Below, in pieces: positions 40,325 to 56,621 of a stretch of DNA of 64,000 nucleotides. Each line of letters starts with the position of its first letter. The first letter of the stretch is position 1. The stretch comes from the human T2T-CHM13v2.0 reference genome, Homo sapiens. Location: the NCBI RefSeq assembly GCF_009914755.1, contig NC_060935.1; one strand, given 5' to 3'. The notes beneath the pieces were generated by a model, which saw only the letters and a list, made by a program, of their open reading frames with translations, had not been told where the DNA came from and searched no databases. Position numbers and translations under genes: made by a program.

Positions 40325-43300
40325 GTTTAGGTCATGGACTCTTGATAGCCCCGCCATGAATCCTATGGCCATGACTCCCCAGCTGTGTGCTCAGGAGAGC
40401 TTACCTACCCACTATGTGCCTCAGTTTCCCCCTCTATAAAATGGGGATGAAGATACTTCTAGGATCTTCCTCATAGGGTAGCTGTGGGAAATAAAGAGGC
40501 TAGTGTGCTAGCTATGTAGTTTTGCCATTATTGATATTCACATTTCTAGTCTGGACTTGCAAACCCACAGACCCTGTGAACATTAGAGGACTCCGACCCT
40601 GGAGAAGTCCTCCAAGCATGCAGGCCCTTGGGCACAGGAGCATGTGCAGGGCGTGCACAGATGCCTAGGGAAGGGCAGCCAACTGGGTGTCTGCAGATGT
40701 GGGTGTGAACTCCTCGAGAACTGTATTCCTTGTCTGTAACTTGGGGAAAAGGAACTTGTTGAGTGAAAGAACAAACACAATTAATAAGACGTTTGGGGAG
40801 CATTTGACACGACCTTTCACGTGCACGAGCTTTGATCATCACAACAAGCACGTGTGGTAGGTGTGAGCATCAGCCACTCTGACCCGCGGTTTCTTCTTCT
40901 GGAAATAGGTCCAAGCGATGGGCATTAAGTGTCAGAATGATGCCTCTAGTCCAGGTCTTCTGACTCCATCCAGATCCTGAGGGCTGAAGCTTCAGACTCG
41001 TCTCATTCCTGGCTTTCTGTGCACACTGGGGAAGCTGAGAGGGACATTTGGCCTGTGGCATTCTCGCCTCCCTCTCCAAGGCATCAAGGAAAGGGCATAG
41101 AGGTGAGTGCCCAGAGTAGGCCTGAAAGCAGCTTCAGGAGGCTGCTCCTGAGGGCCACTGGCAGTGCAGACGCCATGGGGGTGCACGACCGGCCCAGCGG
41201 CATCACGCATGACACCTGTGTGAGCCCAGGCACATGCAGACAGCCATGGCTTCAGTGACAACATTCTGCAAACTGCAGCTGGCAGCTGGGCCAAGAGCTT
41301 TCAGCAAAGATATTTATCTTCCTGGCAGACAAATACATTTTATGTTTTAGGTTTTTTTTTTTTTTTTTAGAAACCCCACCCAGCCTCACAAAAATAACCA
41401 TCCCTGTTTTGCAACTTCCTGGAAGCCAGATGAGGGGCTGAGGGAGGTGAGCACTGAGCCCTGAGCTCTGATCCCCAGGCCCCATCTCACAGCCCCATAG
41501 ACGCTTGCTGGGGATTGGGACCACCCTGCACAGCAATGGGAGCTCCATGTTACAGGAACTGAGAGTTGGTATGGACCAGCCTGAACTCCTAGTTTTAACT
41601 GGGGGGAAACTGAGGCCAGAGAGAGAAGGGAACATGCCCCAATTCCGGACAGAGCACAGCCTCTCAGCTCCTGGCCTGCCCTCTACTCCCTCCCCTGGGG
41701 TCTTAGGCCTTATTCCCAGGGAGAGAGGTAGGGGCAGAAGGAACCCAGGGGCCTCATATGACCAAGGCGTCCTGCTCTGTCCATCTTGTGGGGGGCAGGA
41801 CCAGCCCTTGAGGATGAGGGAGTGAGGATGTGGCCTGGGGGCAGCCTCTCAGCACTGAGCCAGCTCTTGGCCTTTCAGGGGAAGTGGCAGAAGGTCCAGT
41901 CTTCATGGTGACAAGTAAGGGTCCAGTTTTGCCCACCTCCAGCTGCCCACTGAGACCAAGTGAGCAGGCAGAGATAGAGGTGGCACAGGGTGTGCGAAGA
42001 CCACCAGGCCAAGAGTTGGGAGCCCTGGCCTCGGCCCCCGCTCTTCTCAGGACTTCAGATGACCCATTTCATCTCTGGAGTCTCACCTACAAATAGGGAG
42101 AGCGGGGTAGTTGAGGGTCCCTCCTCCCTTGCTCACCAGCAGCCAGGACTGTCCCTGAGGACCTGGGGAGGGGAGGAGAGGGGGAGGGTGTGCCTGTGTC
42201 AGAGATGGAAGGAATTCAGGGGAGCGCTGCTCCTGGTTCCTCAAGGAAGAAGGAAGCAAGCCTTCTAACCTGTCTTGAGTCAGCTTGCTTTAAATTCTGA
42301 GGCTGGGTTCCTCATTTAGACAACAAAGAAAAATTCCCTGAAGTTCTGCAGCTCCACTCAACTGGTCAGAATAACAAGCACAGCCCTCTCAGAGTCTGAG
42401 TCCTAAGACCCCAAGCTCAGGCTGTCTATGTCCACCTCTCGCCACCCTGCAGCATCTCCACCTGGCGCTGGTTCCAGTCTAGGGTAGCAGGGAGCTCACT
42501 GCCCCCAGGACAGCAGAACTACTCATCTTTAGACCCAGCCCATGTCTGTCTCCTGTAGGTCTGGTTCACTGATTCCAGTTCTAACCCCCCAGCGCCCTTC
42601 CCCATGACAGCCCTGTCCCTGCGGACATTGGGAGGCTACTGCCACCCCTCTGAGTCTCCCTTCCTTCTGCAGTTCCCACTGCTGTTCCTCGGGTGGCCCT
42701 GAGTTTCTCCGGCCTGTGTGAGACAGAGGGTGGCAGGGATGATATGAGGAGTGGGGCTGGGCCCTGGGCAAAGCCAGCAGATTGCTCTCCAGGGAGATGA
42801 CCCCGGGCTGGCTGGAGTGTCAGCATGGTAGCTGAAGGCCTGGGTGCTGGTCAGATCTGACTCCCCGCAAGGTGCCCTCCTCAGCAAGACGGCTGCTGAA
42901 AATAGAAGTCCCATGGCTCAGGCTGACTGCTCCTGACCAAAGGAAACCACTGACCTTGGTCCCCCAAGTCCCCATCTCGGGCCCCTGCCTGGCATGTTCC
43001 TCCTTCCAGCTGACCTCCAAGATCCAATGCTCCTCCAGGAAGCCCTCCCAGATTGTGACTGTTTTCCATCCTCTGCTCACCCTCTCCACTGACTGCCTAT
43101 GTTTGCTGACTCGTAATCTCATCAAGCCCCGAATGTCCAGCTCCTCCTATAGAATGTCAGTTCCCCAGGGGCTGGGACCTCATGCCGTTTGTCCCTTCTC
43201 AGCCTGAGGCTCAGCACAGGATAGGTCAGGTGGCAGAGATGCAGTAAGAGGTTGCTGAGGAATAAATGAACAATTTCTAACTAACAAACATCACTGAGCT

Positions 43301-44574
43301 CTCGCTCTGTCCAGGTATCTGTGTGCACCTTTGGTGAGCCGATGTTCTATAGAGCATGTGCAGAAAATGTCTCTCGAGTAAATGAACCAACCGCCTCATC
43401 CTCCTACCCACTGGGGAGAAAGTCGGGTGGGATACATTGAAAAAGGGCACGCAATGACGAATGCCACCATTCAAGGCTGACAGCACAAACAGCAAAGGTC
43501 ACTGCGGGAGACAGGAGAGAAGAAAGACCCAGACAGACCTTGAGCGATGTCTCCATGCAGAGAGCAAGGGACAGAAGGAGAAGCAGAGACGGGCTTCATA
43601 GAGGCGGCTCCAGAATTGAAACCAAGGTCCAGAAACCCAGTCCAGGATCTGCCAGGAACTGGCTCCACACCCACCCTGCCACCACACTGGGGTAGAGAAG
43701 ACCGCCAGGGAGCTCTCAGTTTGCCTGGATGCTGGGCAAGCCTTCTTCAGAGCCTTGGGGCACCTCGTGCTGGCATAAGGCTGAGCAGCAACAGCGCCCA
43801 GCGTGGGTCCAGGCCACCCGCCAGGGGTTGGACTTCTCACATCCTCCCTGGAGCAGCTCCTTGTGGACCCGGAAAGGCTCTATGCTGATGCCCCTCCCAT
43901 GATGAGTTTGTCCCAGGGCTGAGGCTATGGGGTCCAAGACAATGTAGTCCCAATCTGCAGCTTCCCAGTCTTGATCTGGAAGTAAACCCCTGACTACTTA
44001 GAGCCATCAATCAAGTAGTGAACCTACATCACTGAGAGCAATGCCTGCTCCACGGAGGGTGTTGTGCACGCAGTGTGGCCATCATGGTATCCAGTGCTCT
44101 TCAAACAATCCTAGGTCAGCATTATTGCCATAGACTGCTTTTGATGAAGTGGGAAGCATTCAGTTCAAGGTTGTATTCTCAATCGGGAGCCACTGAGCCC
44201 TTCAACCTCTGCTGGAACTCCCCCTGGGGGGACCCCCGTACCACTGGGAGCTGTCGTTTCTAGTGCTGGGAACCCCTGGCTGTTGGATTTCAGCTGGAGA
44301 AATGCATGAAGTGGAAAGCCTTGCTTCGTTCCCTTAACCTCTACCCATCTGTCCTGGTTCAACCCAATGGCATCACTCTAATCTAGTTTTACCTTTTTAA
44401 AACAGGAAAACCCTTGAGAGGTTTCCAAAGGTGACTGATTTTTCTTTTTTCTTTCTTTCTTTTTTTTTTTGGCCGTGATTTAAAGAATGACCTTCTAGAG
44501 CCATTTTAGGGAGAGGGTGCTGGTAGCATCTGTATCTACAGATGTACACCCGAGGGCCTGTGGCACAAGTCTGC

Positions 44575-44775
44575 CATTGTGAGTGGGTGTGGGGAACATA
44601 TGTGTAGTTGCTTGTGGATAGGTTTGTGGAGTGTGCATGCTTGTGTGGTCAAGCGCAGGCACACAAGTGGGATGTGTGTCCCCGTGGGCAGTTGTGTGTG
44701 GGTGCAGATCCGCGTGGGTGGGTGTGGACATGGGTGGTGTGGGCCTGTGTGGAGCCGTGCACAGGCCCATGCATA
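44575..44775. repeat. GT-rich low-complexity tract
   Basis: Degenerate (GTGT/GGGT)n. Confidence 0.7.
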
Positions 44776-45349
44776 TGGCGCTAAGGGGTCTCAGTCATTT
44801 TATCCTCCATGGTTTTGATTACATCTATTTTTCCTCCAAACATCTGCTTTGTGGGGGACATGCCGCTTGCTCTGTTCTCGGGTGAGCTGGCCCCACACAC
44901 CCTGTGGCGGAGTGCACACACCGATGTAATCTCCTTAAAAAAAACAGGCCAGCATGAGGCCCTTTCATGCTATTGAAAGGGCACTGACTAAACCCACTGC
45001 TGTCCAAACGGTCCTGTGGGGGTGAGGGCGGAGGTTAAAGTTTAGCCATTGATCACGTCCCCACCCCACCTCATCTGACACTGGGGTCTGTCCAGAGCTC
45101 AACTTGAATGTCCCTAATTTAGCTCCAGTCCCAATAAATAATGCCAAAGGGGTAGTAGTGACTGGGCTTAGATTTCAGCACACATGCACGGGGCACAGCT
45201 GTTTGCAGAGACAGACAGTGTCCCGGCCCTCAAGGGGCTGCCAATCTTCAGCAGAGGGTGGGGTGGAAATGGCAGTCCTCAGGCTAGCCAGTGGCACAGG
45301 CCATCCTGCTCACCCACAGCCACCAACCCAAGCCCTGAAATGCTCTCGA

Positions 45350-46880
<1,531 letters not shown>

Positions 46881-46913
46881 CCTTCCTGATAGTCTTTATT
46901 CTGCACGTTGTTT

Positions 46914-47281
<368 letters not shown>

Positions 47282-47721
47282 TGAACATGTGTGCTTTGTT
47301 TACCCTGCTGTGTAACACCTAGTATCATAGCTGGCATGCAGTAGATGCTCAGTAAACATTTGATGAACAAATGAATGAGATGATGCTAAGAAAGGATAGC
47401 GTTTTAACACATGCAAAGATGTTCAATTTATATCAAATAAATCTCATTTTGATCAAAAAGAGGAAGGGAGTGGAGCATTTGTCCTCAGAAAATACTACAA
47501 GTTTCCAGAAGTGGCAATATGGGTCTATGGGTTAATTTTGTTTCTTTTCTTTTTTGGGGGGGCGGGGCGGGGCTGGTCTGAATTAATTTTCTATTTGTTT
47601 TCCCAGGAACAGGTTGAAATATCTGAAAGCAGTGATTAGAATCCTGGATGGTGCATGCTCTGAGAGCGGGCTGGGCTCTGTGCTGTGGGATTATGGGAAG
47701 CAAGAGACAAGCACCACTTGG

Positions 47722-47905
47722 AGAGACTCAGTTAAACTGGAATTTTAGATAAACAGTTAACACTTTAAACAATATAAGTATATCCCAAATATGGCACAAG
47801 AAATACTTTTATCCTACAAATTATTCATTATTCAAATGCAGATTTGACTGAGTAACCTGGTTTTGTTGTTTGCTTGCTTGCTTTTTGCTAAATCTGCCAA
47901 CCCTG
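47722..47905. mobile_element. MER53 palindromic hAT MITE
   Basis: cagttaaactggaattttagataaac...ataagtatatcccaaatat...tttgctaaatctgccaaccct matches the remembered MER53 consensus. Confidence 0.75.
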
Positions 47906-48242
47906 TACATCAGGCTTATGTGGCATTCAGGGTCCCGAAGGCAGGACTGGTCCCCACCAGACTCACGGACTTACACGCCAGCCTTCCATCTAGCTTGAGG
48001 TTCAGAGACCTGCTTCCGCTCTGCAGCGCACTGCACGAGTATCTTCAGGCTTCCGCACTCCTGCGGGCACCCTTCCTTCTACCTAGCATGTCTCTCTGCC
48101 TCTCCTGTCTGTGGCTAACTACTACTTTCACCTGGATAGCTTTCTCTGTAACTTTTGTGACTTTTCTTTCGCATTACAAATGTAATCTATGTTCTATATG
48201 GAAGATTAAAAAAAAATCAAGACAGACCAAAAGAAAATCACT

Positions 48243-48281
48243 CACACACATACACATACACACACACACACAAACACACAC
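48243..48281. repeat. Interrupted (CA)n microsatellite
   Basis: cacacacatacacatacacacacacacacaaacacacaca. Confidence 0.85.
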
Positions 48282-48311
48282 AGAGAAAACATTACTTTGT
48301 AAACTTTTGTG

Positions 48312-48604
48312 TTTTTTTTTGAGATGGAGTCTCGCTGTTGTCGCCCAGGCTGGAGTGCAGTGGTGCAATCTTGGCTCAGTGCAACCTCCGCCTCCCCGGT
48401 TCAAGCTATTCTCCTGCCGCAGCCTCCTGAGTAGCTGGGATTACAGGCACCCAGCACCACGCCCGGCTAATTTTTGTACTCTTAGTAGAGACAGGGTTTC
48501 GCCATGTTGGCCAGGCTGGTCTCGAACTCCTGACCTCAGATGATCTGCCTTCCTGGGCCTCCCAAAGTGCTGGGATTACAGGCGTGAGCCACCGTGCCCA
48601 GCCT
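48312..48604 (-). mobile_element. AluS
   Basis: Reverse full Alu within old L1-like sequence. Confidence 0.95.
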
Positions 48605-49805
48605 ATAAACATTTTAGTAAAATCTAACCATATTCCGTACCCCTTTCCATGCTGTTCTATATTCTTCTACCACACCATCCTTAATGGTTACGTAGCGAGA
48701 ACAATCACTATTTTATTTAATCCATCCTTTTCTGTTGGGCTCACAGGTTTCTACTTGTTTGAAATCATAGCAGGTCTGTGATTTAAATCTCTCAATACAT
48801 GCATGGCGATTCCCTTAGGAGAAGCTCCAAGAACTAGAAATATGAAGTTCAATTATCCACATATCTGAGGGTCTCTGAGAAACACGGCCAAGTTGTCTTC
48901 CAGAAACATGTAATGTCCTCAGCTACCACGGTGTCCCCTCCCACTTCAGAGCCAATAATGGTCATTATAGTGTTTTTAAAATCTTTGCCAGCACGATGGA
49001 TGAAAGTGAGATCTTGTCTTTCCTTTTTTTTTTTTTATTTTTTAACTATGGAACATTTTATTTTTTGTTTTCTTCTGCTGTGAATTCCCTCTCCTGGGCT
49101 TTCAAAGCTCAGCCAAGGGCCACCCTTCTTCCTCCAGGACCTCCCTTGCCTCTTAAACACTGAATCCCCTGCTTTACAGCACCGGCTCATGGGCCTGCTC
49201 CCTCCCTAGACTGTGAGCTGGTCAGAGTGGGCCTCCCAGATGTACTGCTGGGGCCTGGGCCTCGTGTGAGTAAGGGCTCAGGACACACCCCTGGAATTAA
49301 TGCAAATGCCTGTGTGTGCCTGGGTTGAGGGAGACTCCTCTGGGCTCCTTCTGCCTCTGGTTTGGCTGGGGCAGCTCTGCAGGCACAGCTGAGGGTGGCC
49401 AGTGTGTCTGCAGGAAAAGGCCCCAGGCCCTGGAGCTGGGCTCCAGACACAGGAGGTCCTTGGTCCCCTGCACACACTGCTTGTGTCAGGAGGCTGCTGC
49501 ATGGAGTCGGAAGAAGGGACCTTTCAGGATGAGGGGGGTCGAGGAAACCAGCCACAGCGCAGGGCAGGAAGGACCAAAGATGACCCCGGCAGCTCCCTGG
49601 CCCTGGACAAACCTCTTGCCTTCTGTTTGCTCAGCTCAACAACATTGCATGAATTCCTGCCAGGGAGGGGTATGAGAAGAGGAGATGGAGGGGCACAGCC
49701 CTGTGGGAAGCCAAGACTGAAGAGGAGTCCCCGGCCCTGGCTGCTTACCCAGAAGGCTAAGCATTCAGGTTCCAGGGCCCAACTCCCAGCAGGCCAAGAT
49801 CAAGA

Positions 49806-49840
49806 CTGCAGTTGTGCATGCTGGCCACCAGGAGGCACTG
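49806..49840 (+). promoter_or_regulatory. Candidate CTCF site (core plus upstream module)
   Basis: CTGCAGT-N9-TGGCCACCAGGAGGCACTG. Confidence 0.65.
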
Positions 49841-50820
49841 CAGTTCCAATAAAGTCACTGGACGGAAGGTGATGATCCTGGGGCCCCAGTGCCTAATGAG
49901 GTTTCTAGACGTTTGTTTGAAGACCCAGGTCCTAGCTGGGAGGATTTGCCACTCAAGCAGTAATTCAGCCCTACTACGCGTCTGCCACCATTCCAGCACT
50001 ACAAGGGACAAAGAGATGGATGGGGCGGGTCGCTGGCCTTCCTTGCAGGGGTCTTTCCTCCCCTAGTTCTGGGTATTTTCACATTCCTGCCTCATTCCAG
50101 TCTCCTCAGAATTCCCACACTGTGGCCCCAGCATCCTCATTGGACAGACGGTCAAAGTGAGGCGCCGAGAGAAGGGACCCACCAGTGTCACTAGTGACTG
50201 AGTGACAGACAGGCTGAGACCTGGGCTCTTTTTCATTCCTTAAGTGGCCTCCCTTTGGAGACCCATGGGGATTCCTTGGCCCTCCAGAGAGGGTGGCGCA
50301 CAGTGGGTGCTCAGGAAACTGACTAACTTGCAAAAGCCTTTGCCTTGCAAAAGCTCCCTAGGACACCCCTGTCGTTTGGCCCAGCGGCTTTCCATGTGGC
50401 TGGCAGACTTGTTACCAGCTTCCCCGTGGGTTCTTCCCGAGGCAGGCATCCGCCGAGGCAGGGTCTGCCACCCCGTCCTCCACTGCTCCGCCCTCACACA
50501 GAAGCTCTCTCAGTTCTTCCTGCAATGGCAGGGGTGAGTGGGGAGGACTGTTTTTCTCTTAGTCTAGAGATGGAGTGGGCTTCCCAGAGTCCAGGAACGA
50601 AAAGGGATTAATGCTGGGCTCTCGCAAAAACAAAAAACAAACAAACAAACTAAACAAAACCAGGAACTGGGCTTTGTACTTTACAAAGTACTAGGGCATC
50701 TATTATGCCACCAGTAGGGTTCCAGCCTCTTTACAACCGCCAGGTTTCCATTTTATAGCCCCAGAAACTGAGGCCAGAGGGGGTAAATGCCTTGCTAAGA
50801 ATCAATAACTGTTAAGAAGG

Positions 50821-50970
50821 TCCAGGGGTGGTGGTTCATGCCTGTAATCCCAACATTTTGGGAGGCCGAGGTGGGAGAGTCACTTGACCCCAGAGTTCCA
50901 TCTAGCCTGGGTGACAGAGGCAGAGACCTGTCTCAAAAAAAAAAAAAAGAAAAGAAAAGAAAACAAAAAA
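50821..50970 (+). mobile_element. Short Alu monomer or internally deleted Alu
   Basis: Left-arm start, then agcctgggtgacagag and an A-rich tail. Confidence 0.8.
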
Positions 50971-51312
50971 CTGGTAAGAGGCAGAGCTGAGACTTGAATC
51001 TCATGCCTGGAGCATGCCTACTGGGCCCTCCTGGGGTGGATGCTGTGGGTGGGACTGGGACAGGCAGACAGGAGACAGGGTCAAGGAGGAAGGGAGGAAG
51101 TCACAGGAGAATGGCTGCTCTCAGCTGCCTCAAGAGATTGGCCCCCTTGCAACAACCTTCAAGGCTGCCCCTGATCAAACTGCTCTGCTGAAGATCAACT
51201 TCATTGACCATCTGGGACCTCAGATGTGGACCAGTGCCTTGTTTCAGGGCCTACACACACTGAAGTACTTAGAGGCAAAGAGGCATATGAGTCATATGTC
51301 TGCAACTTACTC

Positions 51313-51525
51313 TTTTTTTGTTTGTTTGTTTTTAGACAAAGTCTTGCTCTGTTGCCCAGGCTAGAGTGCAGTGGCACAATCTTGACTAACTGCAACCTCT
51401 GCCTCCCGGGTTCAAGTGATTCCCTATGTTGGCCAGGCTGGTCTCGAACTCCTGACCTCAGGTGATCCACCTTCCTCGACCTCCCAAAGTGCTGGGATTA
51501 CAGGCATGAGCCACTGCGCCCAGCC
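51313..51525 (-). mobile_element. AluS with internal deletion, inserted in an L1M 3' end
   Basis: ttcaagtgattccc joins directly to tatgttggccagg; TSD TGCAACTTACT at 51301-51311 and 51526-51536. Confidence 0.9.
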
Positions 51526-54500
51526 TGCAACTTACTGTTAAATGATACAGCTGTATATCGTATGCATGTATATCAATACATACATAAACAGAGCATATGC
51601 ACAGAGAGAGACACAGAGAGAGACCCAGAGAGATTGAAAATAATGCAAATATGGCAAAACATCACCATTTGGGGAGTCAGCATAAAAGGCATCTGGGAAT
51701 TCTTTGTAGTCCACTTATAACTTTAAGTGTAATACTGTATCAAAATAAAAAGGTTTTTAAAAGAAAAGGTATGTGGACTAATGGAAAGAAGGCACCTTCC
51801 CTAGGAACCCCTCTTGTGAAGCTGGCATATGTAATCATTTGAACAGGACCTGGATGAGTTTACCTGGCAACCTCCCCGCCTTCCCCTCATCACCACCACC
51901 ATTCATAATTCTACAAGGGGCCTTGTACGTTGCAATAAAAATCACAAGACAAATGCCAACTCTGGGAGCACACATTGCTCCCCAGCCCTCTGGAAGCCCT
52001 CACTCCCGTGGAAGCCACTGTGACCCAATTAGAACATGGGGCTCCTTTAAGCAGCTCTTCTGAGAGCTGTAGGAGACCAAGGTCAAGCTACTGTTGGAAC
52101 TTAAAAGTTTAAAAAGTACTTTAATTTTTGAGTCTACTGTAATTTCAACTGTCCTACAGTTAGTCCAAATGAGTAAAGTTTCCTTGTATAAAAAAAAGAA
52201 ATGGTGGAAAGAAAGAACCCTAAACTTTGTCCAGCCCTCAGCCCCCATGGCCCCTCTGCCAAGGCCTGGGTCCCCTCCATCCCCCAGCTTGTGTCTGGAA
52301 TTTGTCTTTCCTGTTCTCTCCCCCACCCTGTGTCTTGCCTTACTGATTCATTCAGAGCTTCCCTTAGGAATCATGGCCTAGTGGAAGAGATGGATGAGGG
52401 ACAAGCACGGTCAAGTGTTCCAGGGTCCCCAGGGCAAAAGTCTTGTTTCCCAGACACGGCAGGGCCCACAGAAAGGAGCGGTCAATTTTGGTTGAAAAGG
52501 TCGGAGAAGGCCTCTGCAATGGAGTGGCTCTTGAATTGGGTATTGCCAGTCAAGGAAGGCTCGGCAAGGCATGTTGCATTTTATGGTAAAACAAGATACC
52601 AAGATACCATCCCCTCACCCCAAATAGGGCAAATCCCAAATTACCAAGCTCCTTAGACAGGAGCTCTCCAACCAGGGCTGATTACAACCATGACAGCAAT
52701 AATGTAATGCCTTGTATTCGTGTTGCCCTGACCCACCCACTATCTCCTCTGACCCTCCCCAGATCCCATGAGGTCAGTGTTGGTATCTCTGTTTCACAGA
52801 TGAGAAAACTGAGGTCCAGTGAAGATGAATAACTTGCTCAAGATCACATAGCTAGGAGGGGCAGACTGGATGGTCCCATGCCAAGTCCACTGCCTTTCAA
52901 GGTGGTGATGAGTTATCTTTCTAACATGGAGGGGTCAGGCAGGCTTCATTTTGTTCTAAGGGGGCATTGCTGAGCCACTGGGGTCATTTCTATCTCAAAG
53001 GACTAGGGTAAACCAAGCTTCAGGGTCTCCATGAGAAGCCCATGTATGATCTAACACTTGGAGATCACTTCCTGATGCCTCCTGGGGTGGGATGGGTGTT
53101 CCAGCTTCAGTCTGGGCTCTAAGTGCCCCTGTCAGCTTCTCTCCTCAAGGAGGCTAGAAGTTTCCCGGCTCCTCGTCCCATCCCCAAGCTCCATCTCATG
53201 GCGTGGGTGGTTGGATGAGACCCTGTCCCCGGCAGGACCCACTGCCAGAGAAACAGAGTCTCCCATGCTCTCCCCTATCCCAGCAATACGTCCGCAGGGT
53301 TCAGAGACCCCACTGGACCAGACCCTCCCTTCACAGCCAAGATGCGGAGGCCCAGAGCAAGGTCATACTGCCTGATAATGGAAGGGCCAGGACTTGAACC
53401 CTGCACCTCCTGCATCCAGCCCTGTGGTCTGTCTGCCCATTGTCCCTCTCAAGCCCCCTAAACCATGTGGCCCTGGGCGTGTCCCAAGACATCTCTCACT
53501 TAATTCCCCCAAGCCTCTGTTTCCCTTCTGTAGCAGAAAGAATCCTGCAGCTCCACCACCTTCACCAAGACACTGTAATATCACTTTCATCCGGAGGCTG
53601 GCGAGATGGAGGAGCTTAGATCCTGCACGAGGCAAAATGAAATGATTGAGAAGTCTTTGGGGTAGGACAGGCCTGGGCTTGGCCCCTGGCTCTGCCACTT
53701 ATTTGCTACATTGATTCATTCAACAGCATTCCTGGAGCACCAGCTATGCACTGGGCAAAGTTCCAGGTGGTGAAAATATAAAGCCCAGTAAAACACAGTC
53801 CCTTCCTTCAAATGGCTCGCCTCAGTGACAGGGGCCATGGTTACAGTGCAGGGTGGTGACCAGGGCAGGGGCACCTAGCCCAGCCTTGGGGCGACTCCAG
53901 ATCTCTGTAGAGGAGGTGTTTTGAAGCAGCAATGTTGTTGGAGAGGTCTGTTGAAGCTGTGTTTAGCTAACGCTTCACATAAGACTAGGGAATGCCAGTT
54001 TTCCCCATGAAAGAAATGGGAGCCGACTAAAGGAGATTATTAAGGAGGCTCCCAAGCCACCTTGTGGTTCTGCCACAGAAGGGTATCCTTGGAAAAGTGA
54101 CTTGACCTTTGTGTGCTTCAGTTTCCTCATCTGTAAGATGAGGCTGAGAACATCCACATCCCAGAATGGCTGTGAGGTCTGACTGAAGTAGAGTGCAAGA
54201 CGGCATATCCCCTGACCCACACACGGCACCCACTCTATCAATGGGACGTTGCCATGATATATTAACACAGTTATGATCTGGGGATGAATTTGGCCGTGGC
54301 AGCTGACAGCCAGGGCAACGTTGCTCAGCCTGCAACTGTGTCACCCCCACCTGTTTCCTTCCCCAGGTGCATCCTCTCCAGTTCAGGTTTCCCGAGCGGC
54401 AGCTCCCAGAATGACATTTATGAACCATAAACCTCGGTCAAAAGTAGCTCCCAGGGTCCCTTTCAATGAAGGGCCCATTTCACATACATATAACAAAGAC

Positions 54501-54735
54501 TATAAATGGGGTGAAACATTGGCAACTGCTGTAAAAATCAAATGTTAAATTTATTTGGTTATATAGACTTAAAAAAACTTTTAAAGAGTGGATTCACGGC
54601 AGCCTCTGCCTTTAGACTGTGCCCTCACCAAGGGCAGGGGAGGGGTGTTACGAGGCAGCGTTATCACTCGCCCTGCCTGTTGTCACTGTCTGGCACCCAA
54701 GTACGTGCTGAATTGAGCTAATCTTAAACAATTGA

Positions 54736-55043
<308 letters not shown>

Positions 55044-55146
55044 AAACAATTGAATTTCTTAGCCTGCAGAAGCAGCATATGATCCCAGAAAGAATGTGCT
55101 GCTTTCACCAACATCAAATCTTTTCTTTCTCAAATGTGCTCCTTCT

Positions 55147-55454
55147 TTAATTTTTATTTATGTATTTATTTATAGAGACGGAGTCTCGCTCTGTCACCCA
55201 GGCTGGAGTGCATTGATGCCATCTCGGCTAACTGCAACCTCTGCCCCCCAGGTTCAAGCCATTCTTCTGCCTCAGCCTCCCGAGTAGCTGGGATTACCAG
55301 CACTGGTCACTGCACCTGGCTAATTTTTGTACTTTTAGTAGAGGTGGGGTTTCACCATCTTGGCCAGGCTGGTCTTGAACTCCTGACCTCGAGATCCACC
55401 CTCCTCGGCCTCCCAAAGTGCTGGGATTACAGGTGTGAGCCACCTCGCCTGGCC
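55147..55454 (-). mobile_element. AluS
   Basis: Reverse Alu. Confidence 0.93.
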
Positions 55455-55566
55455 CAAATATACTCATTCCAATCTAGAGAATCACTTACAAACTGAAAAA
55501 GCAACAAGGCTTTTCTCCCCTTGGATGAGAAAGGGAAAGTAATGGCTCAATTAATTATAAGATTGC

Positions 55567-55854
<288 letters not shown>

Positions 55855-56132
55855 CCTAGTTTGTACTTTAAGAAAGTCATCAACTTCCTTAAAGTTGATA
55901 AGAATGGGAAAGATTCTTCAATATTTGCTTTTTAAAAAATCCACATTTACAACTATAAAATAGTTAACAATTCAAAATATCTAAAGGATAATTATACCTA
56001 AAAGTTTTGGTTGGTGTTTTTGTATAAATGACTGGGATTTGGAGTAGATGGGTTCCCAGGATTTTGCCTATCACATATAGTAAGGATAAAATATAAATAA
56101 TCAATGTTTCAGCATTCACAATTAACATGTTA

Positions 56133-56552
<420 letters not shown>

Positions 56553-56621
56553 TCATTGACTTCTGCTCATCTGAACAAAATAAAAAATTCAAAAAAGTCT
56601 CTTCTTTAAAATGCATGATGT

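Noticed and set aside
47863-48543. 226-aa ORF and other Alu-containing ORFs (e.g. 1175, 12101, 35523, 58205, 62459)
   Set aside because: They run through Alu, MER or CA repeats and give the usual Alu-frame peptides.
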